64,000 nucleotides of DNA from the human T2T-CHM13v2.0 reference genome, Homo sapiens. The stretch lies in the NCBI RefSeq assembly GCF_009914755.1, contig NC_060938.1; one strand, written 5' to 3'. This document shows, in pieces, positions 42,359 through 56,554 of this stretch; the stretch's first letter is position 1; each line of letters starts with the position of its first letter. Made by a program: the position numbers and the translations under genes. The notes beneath the pieces were generated by a model. That model had not been told where the DNA came from. It made no database searches and was given only the letters and a program-made list of their open reading frames with translations.

Positions 42359-43175
42359 CAATGGCCAAGAAACATATGAAAAATGCTCAAAATCAATAAT
42401 GATCAGGGAAATACAAATCAAAACCACAATGCAATAATACATTACTCCTGCAAGACTGGCCATAATCAAAAAATCAAAAAATAATAGATGTTGGCGTGGA
42501 TGCGGTGAACAGGGAACAGTTCTATACTGCTGGTGGGAATGTAAACTAGTACAACCGCTATGGAAAAACAGTGTGGGGAATCCTTAATGAACTAAAAGTA
42601 GAACTACCATTTGATCTAGCAATCTCACTACTGGGTATCTACCCAGAGGAAGATAAGTCATTATACAAAAAACATACTTGCACATGCATATTTGTAGCAA
42701 CACAATTCACAATTGCAAAAATGTGGAACCAACCCAAATGCCCATCAATCAACAAGTGGATAAACTGCGGTATGTATATACGATGGAATACTACGCAGCT
42801 ATAAAAAGGAATGAACTAATGGCATTCACAGACCTGGATGGAAGTGGAGACTATTATTCTAATAGTAATATTAGAGACTAATATTCTGAAGTAGCTCAGG
42901 AATGGAAAACCACACATTACATCTTCTCACTCATAAATGGGAGCTAAGCTATGAGGATGCAAAGGTATAGGAATGACACAATGGACTTTGTGAACTCAGG
43001 GGAAAGGGTGGGAGGGTGGTGAGGAATAAAAGACTACAAATTGGGTTCAGTGTATACTACTCAGGTGATGGGTGCTCCAAAATGTCACAAATCACCACTA
43101 AATAACTTACTCATGTAACCAAATACCACCTGTTCCCCAAAAACCTATGGAAATGAAAAAATTAAAAAAAAATAA
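42359..43175 (+). mobile_element. L1PB 3' fragment
   Basis: ORF2 C-terminus (ELPFDLAISLLGIYP) and L1PB 3'UTR ending cctgttccccaaaaacctatggaaat + A-rich tail. Confidence 0.92.
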
Positions 43176-44719
43176 TTCAAGGAATGTGTTTCCTTTTCTT
43201 ATTTGGCAAAAAAAAAAAAAAAAATTGCAAAGGTATGACCAATATGTAGGCAAAACAGAGCTATTGCAGGATTCCAGACTAAAAGTTGCATTAATGTCAA
43301 CTTCTAGGCCCAAAGGGTTTGGTTAACAGAAATCAGAAAAAAACAAATAAAAGAATGTTAAATAAAGCAGACTATGTTGAGAGACTAGTGACCTTTGGTT
43401 AAGAGCACAGCCAGGTTGAGGCATCCTCAAAGTGAAGGAGGCAGGTGAATCCTATTTCACACTCCTTCCTCCCTAAGACTTCCTGCTGTAGCTTAAGGCA
43501 TGCAAACACACTGATGTAGTGCATATAGATCAACTTTCTGGGCAGAAAACAAAAGGAGAAGGATGGAGAATGATGAGAGGAGAGGATGGCAAATGGAAGA
43601 GATCCTGCACAGAGTTGTACAAGTTTATGTTGCTCTTGACAGCATTTTTACCCTGGATGTAAAGTATAGTAGTAATCAAAACTAGTGATTGCTGGACCTA
43701 AAGCTATTCATCCTCACGTACAAAACTAACATGAAAAACACACATTCCCAATTCATCAAGAATGAAGTAGTAAATATTTTTATTACAGTACATTTTAAGC
43801 TAATTGACCTCTCTGTTAACAGACAAATGTATTCACTTGTAAAAGAAAAAAATGTATTATATTCAGAATCCAAGGAAATGGAATCATAGAAGATTAAAGT
43901 GAGCAAGTTAGCAAGGATCAGAGCTCTAAGTTTAAAGCAGCATATAAATTGATATAGACGCTAAGAATTTGGCATGAGTTTGTATAGGGTAATAAAATTC
44001 TGTAAAACTGATCTTTTCGATGGAAAGCTGGAAAAAGGAAACACCTCTCCGGAAACCTGTGAATCTCACATACTATACTCAGAAAGTACATATCTTGCAT
44101 AGTAAGTTTCTTTCGTTAAAGATAGTTAACCTTATATATTTTTAGAGTGATTAAGTGTGAATCTTGTAGGGAAGAATGGGATGATGATAATTATAAAGAT
44201 GATAATAAAGCCCACCATTCATTAAGACATTTTCTCCCTGATTCTGTGATAATTGGTGTACACATGCTGTCAAATTGAGCCTTGAAATAATTTCATTAAT
44301 ATTTCCTTTTCACAGATAAAAAAAAATGCTTATGAGAAAAAGGAAGCCACTCACTATGATGTAGTTACAAGGAGACATAGTTGGGATTTAAGGCAATTAG
44401 TTGATTCCACAGCACCAGGACTTTAATGAATTAGGATATTTTCAGTAATCAGTATCTTTGGGTTGAGTCAAGCTAACCAAATCCACAAGAGATTATGAAA
44501 TAAACTAGAATTTCATAGTATTGTCAAATTTGTCAAATTCTGCCGTATATGTCAAAAGCAACATAATATTTTACTGATTGACCAGCATACTTTCCTCTGA
44601 GAAAACTATTAACTAATACTAATTAGTTAATAAACAATGAAATAATTGTTTACTGAACAGAGAGTTAGTTAAATAATCTTGATGGCTAAATTCCAAAAGC
44701 CAGATACATCCATCTCTAC

Positions 44720-45178
44720 CATTATTTTTCTGGGACTACTGTAAAAAATTACCACATACTAGGTGGCTTAAAACAACAGAAACGTATTCTCTCACTTCTC
44801 TGGAGGATGAAAGTATGAAATCAAGGTGTTAGCAGTGCCAAGCTACTGCCAGAGGTTCTAAAATTATCCCGTGCCTCTTCCAGCTTTTGATGGTTGTCAG
44901 TATTCCTCATCTCCCATGGCTTGTGGCCACATCACTCCCATCTCTGCCTCTCTCTTCACATTCTTTCTTTTCTCTTTCTGTATGCTCCTCTTCGATCTCT
45001 TATAAGGATACTCAATCTTGGATTTAGGGGCCACTCAGGTAATTCAGAATTGTCTCATTTTGAGATTCATAGCTTAATTACATCTGCAAAGATCTTTTTT
45101 CCAAACAAAGTCACGTTCACAGGTGCCAGGGATTTAGACATTAATGTTCTTTTGTGAGGTTGTCTTTCAACCAACTAT
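44720..45178 (-). mobile_element. MLT1B/C-like LTR
   Basis: taccacatactaggtggcttaaaacaacagaa ... aattacatctgcaaagatc...aaagtcacgttcacagg. Confidence 0.85.
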
Positions 45179-45754
45179 TGACACTATCTGCTTGAGAATT
45201 GAAATGCCAATGGTCATATGTCAAGCTACTCTGCACTGAGGAATAAGGAGGATGGACCACAGACATAGTATTTTCTCCAGTTCCTTTTTTCTCAATGTTA
45301 TACAGAAACTTCCTCTTTTATTAAATAATCTGATTGATTTTAGAGACTGAAAGAGAGAAGTGTGATTACAATATAATATAAAAAAATGTATGGCAGGATA
45401 TGAGTTTGTAGAGATAAACAGAGACTAGATAATGCTGCATCTTGGAAGCCATAGGATAAAAGCATAAATTTTATTCAAAATGAAATGGGACACTTACAAA
45501 TAGGGAAAGATGTCTACATTTTTACCCATATTTAATTATGGCATCTCCATACATGTGTCCAGCATGATTATACATGTCAGTGAGTGTCCAGATTCCAGAA
45601 CATTTGACTTATATCCTTCATGGATGCAATCCTGGAACTTTAAGTACTACGCTAGTTGAGAAGACCTTCCATGGGGGCCAACACAATGTGGATAGTAGAT
45701 AAAGTTACAATTTTATGTTTCTATGCTTGATAATTCTGTGTTTCCATTCATCTT

Positions 45755-45800
45755 TCTAACTGGTTTCAGTTGCTAACTGGTTTTTAGTGCTAACTGGTTT
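45755..45800. repeat. three imperfect copies of ctaactggttt (period 16-17 bp)
   Basis: direct reading. Confidence 0.75.
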
Positions 45801-47279
45801 TGTTGAACTGATGAATCAATGGTCCTTGTGGCAGAGACAGGGGTAGCATTTCTTTGTCAGCATTTCTAATTTTGCTTTGTTTTCCATTTAAGTAAGTTCT
45901 GAACCTTACACATTCTGCATTCTGTGTTATAGACCCTAGGATGTACTAAAGCACCTTTGCTCTCTCTTTCTCCAACTCCCACTCTATTATATGCACATTT
46001 ATTGTTGCCCTTAGTGTTAAATCATCATTCTCTTTCCTCTTTTGTTAGCCTTCTCCCAGACCATTACCAGGTCACCACACAATCCACTCTCCTTCTTTCC
46101 AACAGCTTTAGAATCCCATGTCATCCTTCAACTAACTAGTCAATGATTAATTAAAACACAGATAAATATCTCACATTTATACACGTATTTATTTCTCTGC
46201 ATAAATGTCTAAATAGTCTCATTCTTGAACTTCCCTTTCACTCACCACTTTGCAAAATATACTGATTTCAGTGTTCATATAAAATGTTAGGAGTTTATTT
46301 TATGTTACTGCTCAATGTTTGCACAGTTGTCTGAATGGGGCCCTCCGTCTGTCCACACAAAGGAACAGACATTCCACATTATGTCAGTAGGTTATTTCCA
46401 GTGACATGTGGATTCAGATGGAATGTGAAAATAAGGCTGCAGAAGGTTTGATCCATATGTGAAAAATGAAAGAATATTTATGTTAATAGCCATCTTATTA
46501 TCTGACTATCAGCAGCATATGTTGGTCCTTCTATGGTAAGGTGTCAAAAATTTTATAGGAAAGAGAAGATACAGCATATGACATTTCGGAAATTTACAAA
46601 ACAAAATGAGTATACGTCACCAGAAATAGAAACCATACAGAGAAAATTGAAGAGATCTGGGCCTTTGTCAGGGCCAGTGTGCATGGATTATCTACTGCCA
46701 AAGAGTTCTGGAGAGTTTTGAGCTACCACAGTGTATTGAAAGTGTGGTGCTGGTGATGTTTGGAGGTTGTTAAAACTTGACTCCAACATTCCTATTTTTC
46801 ACCTGTTAAATGTAGATGCTGATGTCTTCCCTTTCCAGGACTACTATGAATATTAAATAAATTTGTATATGCAAAATTTCTGGCATACTGAATAGTTGCT
46901 TATATGTCAATTCCCTGCCATCTCCCCCTCAACCTGAAGGTAGCAAATGTAGCCTTGGTGTCAATATTACAAATTTAGCATCACAAGATTTGTGTTTTGA
47001 TGACTATTTCAATGTGTCTAAGGAAGCCACAGTTTGTTAGACAAACAGCTAACAATCTGGGTTGGTAGCTATGCGTAAGGCAATTTTAATACATGTTTTT
47101 AAATTAAAAAGTTAATTATATAAATAGAATAACATGCCCAATGAATACATTCAAATTTAACCATAAGATATATTTAGAAACAACTTTTGTAATTTTAAAA
47201 AAATTAATTTTAGGGACAGTGCCGTTTAAGCAATCCCATTTTTCTTTTTGTTAATGTCTTTTAAAAAATGAAACTAATA

Positions 47280-47588
47280 GGCTGGGCATAGTGGTTCACA
47301 CCTGTAATCCTAGCACTTTGGGAGGCCAAGGTGGGCAGATCATCTGAGGTGGGGAGTTCGAGATTATTCTGGCCAACATGGAGAAATCCCGCCTCTACCA
47401 AAAATACAAAATTAGCCAGGCATGGTGGCGCAGGCCTGTAATCCCAGCTATTCGGGAGGCTGAGGCAGCAGAATCGCTTGAACCTGGGAGGCGGAGGTTG
47501 TGGTTAACCGAGATCACACCATTCCACTACAGCCTGGGCAACAAGAGTAAAACTCCTTCTCGAAAAAAGAAAGAAAAAAAAAAAGAAA
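47280..47588 (+). mobile_element. AluSp-like
   Basis: catggagaaatccc diagnostic; TSD gaaactaat at 47270-47278 and 47589-47597. Confidence 0.93.
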
Positions 47589-47939
47589 GAAACTAATGAT
47601 GTTTCTCAAATTAAACACGTATCAGAAAAATGTATATTTAATTATAGTGTAATATTTCTATAAGCAATGCCAGAGGTTGTTACTATGAAACTTCTAGAAA
47701 ATATGGGATTAAATATGTATAATTTGAGATATATGATCATATTTTTATGTATTTGTTTTACATAATTGTTTGCTGTTTCACATAATACACTGAAATTACA
47801 AGGTCATGATACCTAATCAATGTAACTATAAATAAAAGCTTGTGAAAGCTAAATATGCTTTCATCTGATTAATCTCTCAGCAAAATTTTATGCTATTGAT
47901 TACCACCCCACCTCCACTTAGTGAGACATCTTATCGGTA

Positions 47940-48760
47940 GCCTTTCATGCCTCTTCATATTCATGCTTTTCTCTTTCCTTGCTGAAGAATCCTTCAAGCC
48001 TTTTTTTTAAGGCTCCTGTTTCTTCACCATATCTCTAAATATTATAGTGCTGCTGGTCTCTGTTCTTAATTCTCTTTTAATTTTATACACTCTGTATAGA
48101 AAATTTTGTCCAGTTCTATGATTACAAAGACCATCTCCAGGTGGATGAATCTTCAATTTAAATCTCTAACACTTATCTCTCTCTTATACTCCAGGCACAT
48201 ACCCAAGTATCTTCTTGATATCTCCACTTACGGTCTAAAGTTATGTCAAATTTAATACTTCCAAAACATGTTACAAACATTCTTCCCATCGAATTCACTT
48301 ACTGCCAAGTTTCTCTGTCAAAATAAATGACACAATCAGTTGCTCAGATCAAAAATATATAATGCATTCCATATTCGTCTTTATTTTTACCTGTGCTGTA
48401 TCTAGTTGGTCCTACCTCCAAAAATATTTTAAATCTAATCATGTTCTAAATGATAGGCATATTTCTCCCTACAATAATCTTCTAAGTGTTTTTCTTATCC
48501 CCACTTTTGCACCTGGCATTCTCTACTACCAGAGTTCATTATCTAACAGAAGCCAGATCAATATTTCTAAAGGAAAATTTGATCATGTAACTCCCCTATT
48601 TTCAATGACTTTCTATTCTACATAGAATAAAATTCAAAATTCTTATCTTAGACGTAGAGCTTTACATGCCCTGGCTCTGGCGTTTTCCATCTTCTAGACA
48701 TACTGGTTGTCTTTTTATTGCATAGCTTTTACCTCTATATCTCAGGGCTTTTTCTCTTTA
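47940..48760 (+). mobile_element. L2 fragment
   Basis: pyrimidine-rich L2 motifs (tttctaaaggaaaatttgatcatgtaactcccct; agaataaaattcaaaattctta). Confidence 0.65.
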
Positions 48761-50409
48761 TTCCCTGTTTTTTCTAATGCTTGTCTTATGGCAAGGCATA
48801 TAATCGCCATCCAAAATTAACTACTATTTTCATCTATCATCTTTGCATTTTGCTTCAAGATTTCTTGAGAAATAATCACTCTATTAATTAGTAAAATATA
48901 ATACACACTTTTTGTAAAGACATTAAATGCGTAATAATAATAAATGTAAAAATTATGCATTTAATTCTAGAAATTACTATTGTTAGATTGTGTTAACATT
49001 TTTTAGACATATCTCTACATTTATATACAGGTAGAAGGACAAATAGTTAGAAAAGATAGTAAGTAGAATAAACATTTTATATAAATACCTTCAAATGAGT
49101 CTATATTATAAATACAATTTTAATAACAATAATTAGTTTAATTTTACTATAAGAGACAATAGAAATTGAAGGAAGTTTTGAAGTCCAAATGAAAGTTTTG
49201 ATAACAGACAAATCTGATGCTCCTGAGGCTTGTCTGTTCCCTCCTTGTGGTACTTTACTTAAAAGCAGAATCATCAAACATGTCTGTGTTTGGCAGAAAT
49301 AAGACGCAGCTAACTGACACAAAGCCGCCTTTATGACAAGGGTGCTTCCATTTTTCCTAATTGCATAGATGTTCCCTTCACCTTCGACCTTATAAATATG
49401 TAAAGCGTTATGGACGCTGATTCCCTCTACTGGAATATTGCCGTTTCTAAACTTTGAGATAATGAGTTTTGAGGGGAGGGCATGTTCATAACTAATTCTC
49501 TCCAGTGAGTTTGTTGTGGTTGTTAATTCCCTCATACATCCTACTTTATATTTCACAGCATGGTCCTGCCATTGAGTGTCATGACCCTTTAATGGTTTCT
49601 TTTAAGGTTTTCTAACAAGTACTCTAAGTTTGTCATGGCTGATAATATCTACCTGTTGCTGGTTCTTTAACATTCTCCTAGCAGAATGCAGTATTCTTGG
49701 AAATTAAACTTTTTCTCTATAATCTCCATAGACCTTGTTCTGACTTCTTCTAACTTTAAATATTGCAAAGAAGAAATCTAAAGCCAGCCTGAATTTCTCA
49801 CCATTGTAGTTCTTATTTCCTTCTTCTATTTTGTGGCTAAGATGCACACATGTATTTTGTTGCTGAAGCTCAATAACTTAACTAGCATAAACTTGGTATT
49901 GGTGAAGAATTTGCATCATCATTTTCTGATACATAATATGCTCTCTTGATACGATAATTAAAACATTCCGTCCATTCAAATAAATTTATTATATATCCAA
50001 CTTCAATTTCAGTTTTGTTCAGCTCTCTATTTCATGACACCAATTGTTTCTATACTAGATCATTGTGTATATTTTCAATTCCTAATAGGTTACGTTCACA
50101 TTCTTTAATTTACATATAACTTTAATCTGTGTTTACTAAATTTAAGAGTTAACTTTTAGTATTTTAGGTTTTAGACTCATTTGTTTCCAAACATTTCTAA
50201 TTTATATACTAGTATTATAATCATACTATTTGCCTTCAATTCCTTTATTTTGTTCTCGATTTCCCTTTTGATTTAATATTGTTTTTTATTGTATAGTTTG
50301 AGTTCTTATTTTTTCAAATTCATATTCTTATGAACTAGTTGTAAAGCATGAAATGATTAAGAGGATTTACCTTCTGTTTCTTGAGGTATGTTTCTTCTAA
50401 AACTATTCT

Positions 50410-50530
50410 TTTTGCCTTTTTCTTTCCTTCTTCTTTATATACCCTCCTCCTCCTTCCTTTATTCCTTCTTTCCTTTCTTCCTCCTTCCTTCTTTTCTTTC
50501 TTCCTTCCTTCTCTCCTTCCTGCTTTCCTT
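50410..50530. repeat. (TTCC)-like pyrimidine low-complexity tract
   Basis: direct reading. Confidence 0.8.
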
Positions 50531-51880
50531 CATTCTTTACAACATATCAGGCCTCAATCTGTATTACAGAAAAGAAAAACAAACTGACCTCCAACCAGTG
50601 CAAATAAAGTCATAATCTATCAATCAAAATATGTCAGAAAATTTTTTAAAAATCGTAGTCTGTTATTTTTGTGTTGCAGCCACTATTGTATGGCCAGAAA
50701 AAAAATGGAGAAATGAACAGGAGAAAAAAACAGTTGAAACAATAGTCTTACTAAGTTAAAATTTTTTTTTTCTATCTTCCTGGAAAGTACTACATATTTT
50801 TCCTGGGAGGATTGGTAAAATGATGGATTATTCCTCTAATTTAGGGTTTAACTATTTGGCTTTCATTTATTTTGTTGACAAAGGGCATTAGTGAAAATTG
50901 CCAGAGTTTTAACTCTTATGTATGACTTCCATGGAATCTCTTTTTAATGGATCTGTATGCATTGCTAGTTTCCTGGTCATCATCTTTAAGTGTATTTCAG
51001 GAGGTTGTGCCCCTTTTCTCCATTGGTTGCTGATAGTGCTTTCTTGTTCCCATTTCTTGTTCCCTGTAGACAACAGGGAAGAAAATAATCCAAATAATTT
51101 TCTGTCTTCCAACTCAATGCTGTAGCCTGCCTGACTAATATTGATTTCTTCAATATGAGCTAGTGTCTATGTCCTCAGCCACTGTATAGATTGGCTGTTT
51201 TCATATGCTAAGAAAGATTGCTCATTTACCTATTTCCCCAGCCCTGACCTCTTACCTCATCAAATCAGCGCCAACATGATTTGAGCACAAAGTACTAAAT
51301 TTTTCTTAAAAAGTGCTCTAAAACTACTTATTCTTACTTTACATCTTCTTACTATTTCTAGCATAGGGCCATGGGAATGAAAAGAAAGTCTGAACTGGAG
51401 AAAAGCCCAGCAGGTGTTTAATTTAAAAATCCTATTGAATAAAAGCCTCCACCACTGGTTGGTATCACTAAATTCTTACCCCTGGACCTGTGTGGAGATT
51501 TCATGGACAGGAAAAGTAAGGAAAAGATAATTTATAATGTAAGATTTGCCATTGTCCACAGTTTTGTTTGTGTAAAAGACTTTATTGACACAGATTAGTT
51601 ACTGTAGTCAGGAGACTTTACCTCCCTTGGCATTTGTCCTGATTCCTTTTTTCTCTAGGGAAAATAAAAGGTATGAATGGACAATACAGATGTATGAATT
51701 GCATAATGAATGCAAAGTCAAATATGGACATGTTAATGTCTTCAAATACCACACACATTTATTGACATGCAGTGACTGCTTTAATAGACAAGCAGATTGC
51801 CTATGTGCATTGTCCTCTATCTACAGATCGTTAAATACTCGATATTTTCAATCCATTGAACAGGATACACAAATTTCTCA

Positions 51881-52190
<310 letters not shown>

Positions 52191-52930
52191 AATGAGCATC
52201 TTGTAACCTACTCTGCAGAATTCCTTAAAATGTGGATACTTGGGCAAGCAGCTGTTGACTAGCTGCTGGAGTTTTTAGAGTGAAAAATCACAACGATTAC
52301 TATTAGTATCTACAATTCCTAATTCACCTACTGGATACATTGACTAGTATTCAAAGACTGTTGAGGTATATTTGATGATAATTGACAGATTTTCCTGCTG
52401 GTAATTATAATACGATCATGAAAATATTGCATTGATCATGACCTCCAAGAAGAAAAGAGAACCTAAGATTTTCCTGGAAGTACTATATTAAGAAGGTTAT
52501 TCTTCTTATGTATTTACATCATATTTTATCAAGAGGCCTTGCCCATCTTGATTATACTTTTTCCTGCTGTCTCTTTCTTCAAATTCTGGATCTTATCTTC
52601 TATCATATCCTTCTTATTTACAAATTACTACATAAGTGCTTGACTTTTAAAATTAAGACCACTTAAATTCAATGTGTATTTTTAGTCAGAGTTTACTGTC
52701 ATTCCATGTCCACTTAGGTTCTCTCTCTCCTCATTTTTTCTGTTTATTAATATTTAGGGCCAGTCAACAGCACAAATTAATGGGAAATTCCTCCTTTGGC
52801 ATTACTCAGCCCTTTGTTTTAATTTGGTTAGTATTAAATTATTTTAGTAGCAAAGTTATCATTCAGTGGGGACTAAAGAATTTAAGTGCTTTAAGTTTTA
52901 TACTTCCTCTAGATAAAAATGTATTGTTCT

Positions 52931-53188
<258 letters not shown>

Positions 53189-53373
53189 TTGTCTTTTGCT
53201 TAAAATTATTTACATACTTGAAAGAAATGAATTCATCTGAAAAGCCAAAAAAATTCATCTAACTTTCCTTATCACCTATCATTCAAGGGCAACAATGCAG
53301 TTGAACAGATGGGGCGTATAAAACAATGAATACCTACATTTTTAGATGCATTTTTTTTGTGTGTGTGAGAAGT

Positions 53374-53761
53374 TGTGTTAGGTCGTTCTTGCATTGCTAT
53401 AAAGAAATACCTGAAACTGAGTACATTATAAGGAAAAGAGGTTTAATTGTCTCATGGTTCCATAGACAGTATGAGCATGGCACCAACATCTGGTCAGCTT
53501 CTGGGGAGGCTTCAGGGAGATTGTTCTCATGGTGGAAGGCAGGTCACATGGCGAGAGCAGGAACAAGGGAGTGTGGGGGATGTGCCACATACTTTTAAAC
53601 AACCAGATCTCACGGGAAGTTACTCACTATCTTTAGGACAGTACCAAGCTATGAGAAATCCATCCCCATAATCTAAACACCTCCCACTAGGTCCTGCCTC
53701 CAACATTGGGAATTACAATTCAAAATGAGATTTAGGCTGGACAGATATCCAAACCACATCA
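53374..53761 (-). mobile_element. MST (MSTA/B-like) solo LTR
   Basis: tgtgttaggtcgttcttgcattgctataaag ... atccaaaccacatca; TSD gaagt / gaagg. Confidence 0.9.
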
Positions 53762-55148
53762 GAAGGCATTGCAATTGCAGATTTTGAAGCTTACATAATA
53801 ATTTAATTGCCAGGTAGTGTCTGAGATTAGTTTTCTAGAAAGAGCTTAACTACAAGGTGTTGTTAAGTTAATGGTGCATTCTATCTAAACTCAAATGTTG
53901 CTACTGAAATTTAATAAAAATCAATACTTAAAAGCTGAGATGTCAGAAAATCTACTGAAGACCACCGCCACTTAGTAAAATTTAGTAATTCTGTACTTTT
54001 GGTATTCCAATGAATAAACCTCCTTGAATTAGACTGACAGGACTTCCTACTATTATATTTTGCCTTCAGGGAATACTAATTCAATGAAACTCCATTTTAC
54101 TGATGATTATTTAGTTTGCCGTGTTCTGGACATATTCTTCCTTCTTTCCTCTGATCCTTTGGAAAACTATTCATGCATATCAGTCCTACCTCTACCACAA
54201 GAATGGTAGTTAAAGAGGCTCTTCGACTGTGTTTTTCTTTTGCTTTTCATGTTCATGTTCAGTGATTTTTAACAATAAAGAAGCTACTTTTTTATGGTAA
54301 GTAAAAGAGGTGTTTATTCCTATGCCTAGTCTTTTTCCCTTATTTATTTTCCTGTCATAAAAATTAATACACACACAAACTCTAACTCCATATTTCACCC
54401 ATTCACCATGTGTTTTGGAGAAATCCGTTTGGAGACTTGATTATAAAACATTAACACAGTATCAAAAAGTTCCATACTGCAAAAGATGCTCTGAAGCAGC
54501 TTTAATTTAATTAGCAGATTATTTAAGAAGAACATCCTTTGATGTACAAATGCTGCTCCCAGAAATTCGTGTGCTAAATCTGCCATCAGAAGCACAGGAG
54601 CACCTTTGTAACTCCTACATTAAAAAAAGAATCAGAAGAAGAAAAGAAAATGAAAAAGCCTACACGAAATCAGACATCATAACATTTCTTAAATTGAAAA
54701 TTAAAGCTATGCTTTTCCATAAATAGGTTAAATAAAACAAACCCAAATATTACAGCTGTTTAGGGCTTCAAAGAAAAGTAATAATACATGATGAAAATAG
54801 CAATGACTCACATTTGTTTCATTCCTTATGGTTTGCAAAATTCTTTAAAGGAAATTTTATAACTTATGCTTGCAATGACTCTACGAGATAAGCATTATTA
54901 AATTCCAAGTCAATAAATGTGGGAATTAAGATTAAGGCAGGTCAAGCAATCTAAGTTCACAGAGGCAATCAAGCATGATAGCTTGACCTGCTGCATACCA
55001 ATACTCACTTTTTCCAGAAACTGAAAGTTACTTATCGAATTGACAGTTTCTATAAATATAAACTAACTCTAGAGCTCCAAGCTACTTTCACTTGAGAGTA
55101 AATATTATTATATCATCTTTTAATGATCCCTTAAATGACCCCGGTCAC

Positions 55149-55727
55149 TGTAGTAGGCAGAATTTTTAGATGTCTTTCATGATTCCTGGCCCTTGATGTA
55201 CACAGTCTTCATGCTATGATTTTTGGCAAAAGAAAGATTATCCTGCCGCAGCCTGACCGAATCAGTTGAGCTCTTTAAAAGTAGAGAGTTTTCTCTGGTT
55301 GGTTGTAGAGGAAGAAATCAGATAAACATACTTCTGCTGGCCTAGAAGAAAATAAATAAACATGCATGTTGTGAACGGTCTATGGATCCCATGTAGTAAG
55401 AAATTACGGGTGGTCTCTGGGAACTGAGAGTGGTCTCTGACAACTAACAAGAAAACAGGGACCTCAGTCATACAGACGCAAGGAGATGAATTCTACCAAC
55501 CAGTGAGCTTGGCAGAGGGCTCCAAGTCTCACGTTATAGCTGGTTTATATCTTGATTACAACCTTGTAAGGCTCCGAGTCAACTCATATACAGACTTCAA
55601 ATGTACAGACAATCTGGTCAACTCATATATGGACTTTTAATGTACAGAAACCTTGAGATAACAAATCTAGCTGTTCTAGGCTGTTAAACTTCTGGTGATT
55701 TGTTAGGCAGCAATGGAAACAAATACT
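55149..55727 (+). mobile_element. MLT1D/E/F-like LTR with a 39-bp internal tandem duplication (55578-55655)
   Basis: tgtagtaggcagaatt start; tttgttaggcagcaatggaaacaaatac end. Confidence 0.8.
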
Positions 55728-56420
55728 CATCTTACTTACTTGATGACAATAGTATACACATCAAAAGTAGCCTCCCTTCCAGGTGATAATAAGATTCAAT
55801 GGGGAGATAAAAAGACGGAATTAAAAAAATTTACACTGGACAGAGAAAATATTAGACTAGACAGAGATTGTAGGTCTATTTTTTCCCAGTTTTACTGTCA
55901 TAGACCATCTTTGTAAAGACATACTTCCGAAATTACACAAAGATGTCTAAGTATCTTTCTTAATAAGTACTTCAGCATTGATCTGAAGCATCACCTACTC
56001 TTTCTGGTTGCAGATTCCCCACAGTATTTTTATTCTGTTTATTCTTTTCGCTGGACATTCCTGTAATGCTTTTCTCTTTAGTAAATATTGATAATTGGAT
56101 AGCTTATTTTACTTTCTCAGTGCATTGTGATTCATTCAAAGGATTACTTGAGGCTTGAATAATTGCTTTGTGGTTCAGGCATACAAGTTGCGTTAGCTGT
56201 TTCCCATATGTGAAATAACCATTCAATGTTCTAACATGTGTAAACAAATGAGAGTGTAAATCGTATCAGCCTGTAATACCTCTGAGAAAAAAAAGGCATA
56301 GGATCAATACTCTCTCAAACAAAAGTTATTCTGTGAATTTTAATACTGAGGTTATACAGGATGCTAAATGCTATGGGAAATACATCTTGGACCTCAAATA
56401 GTTTAAAGCCAGGTGCACAA

Positions 56421-56554
56421 ATATCCAAACCACATCAGAAGGCATTGCAATTGCAGATTTTAAAGCTCACATAATAATTTAATTGCCAGGTAGTGTCTGA
56501 GATTAGATTTCTAGAAACAGCTTAACGACAAGGTTTTGCCAAATTAATGGGGCA
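56421..56554 (+). repeat. dispersed direct copy of 53745-53878
   Basis: 134 bp, ungapped, 10 mismatches by hand count. Confidence 0.95.

Noticed and set aside
49101-49556. 151-aa ORF on the minus strand
   Set aside because: Non-ATG start, no splice context or recognisable domain; probably overlaps decayed L1M sequence.
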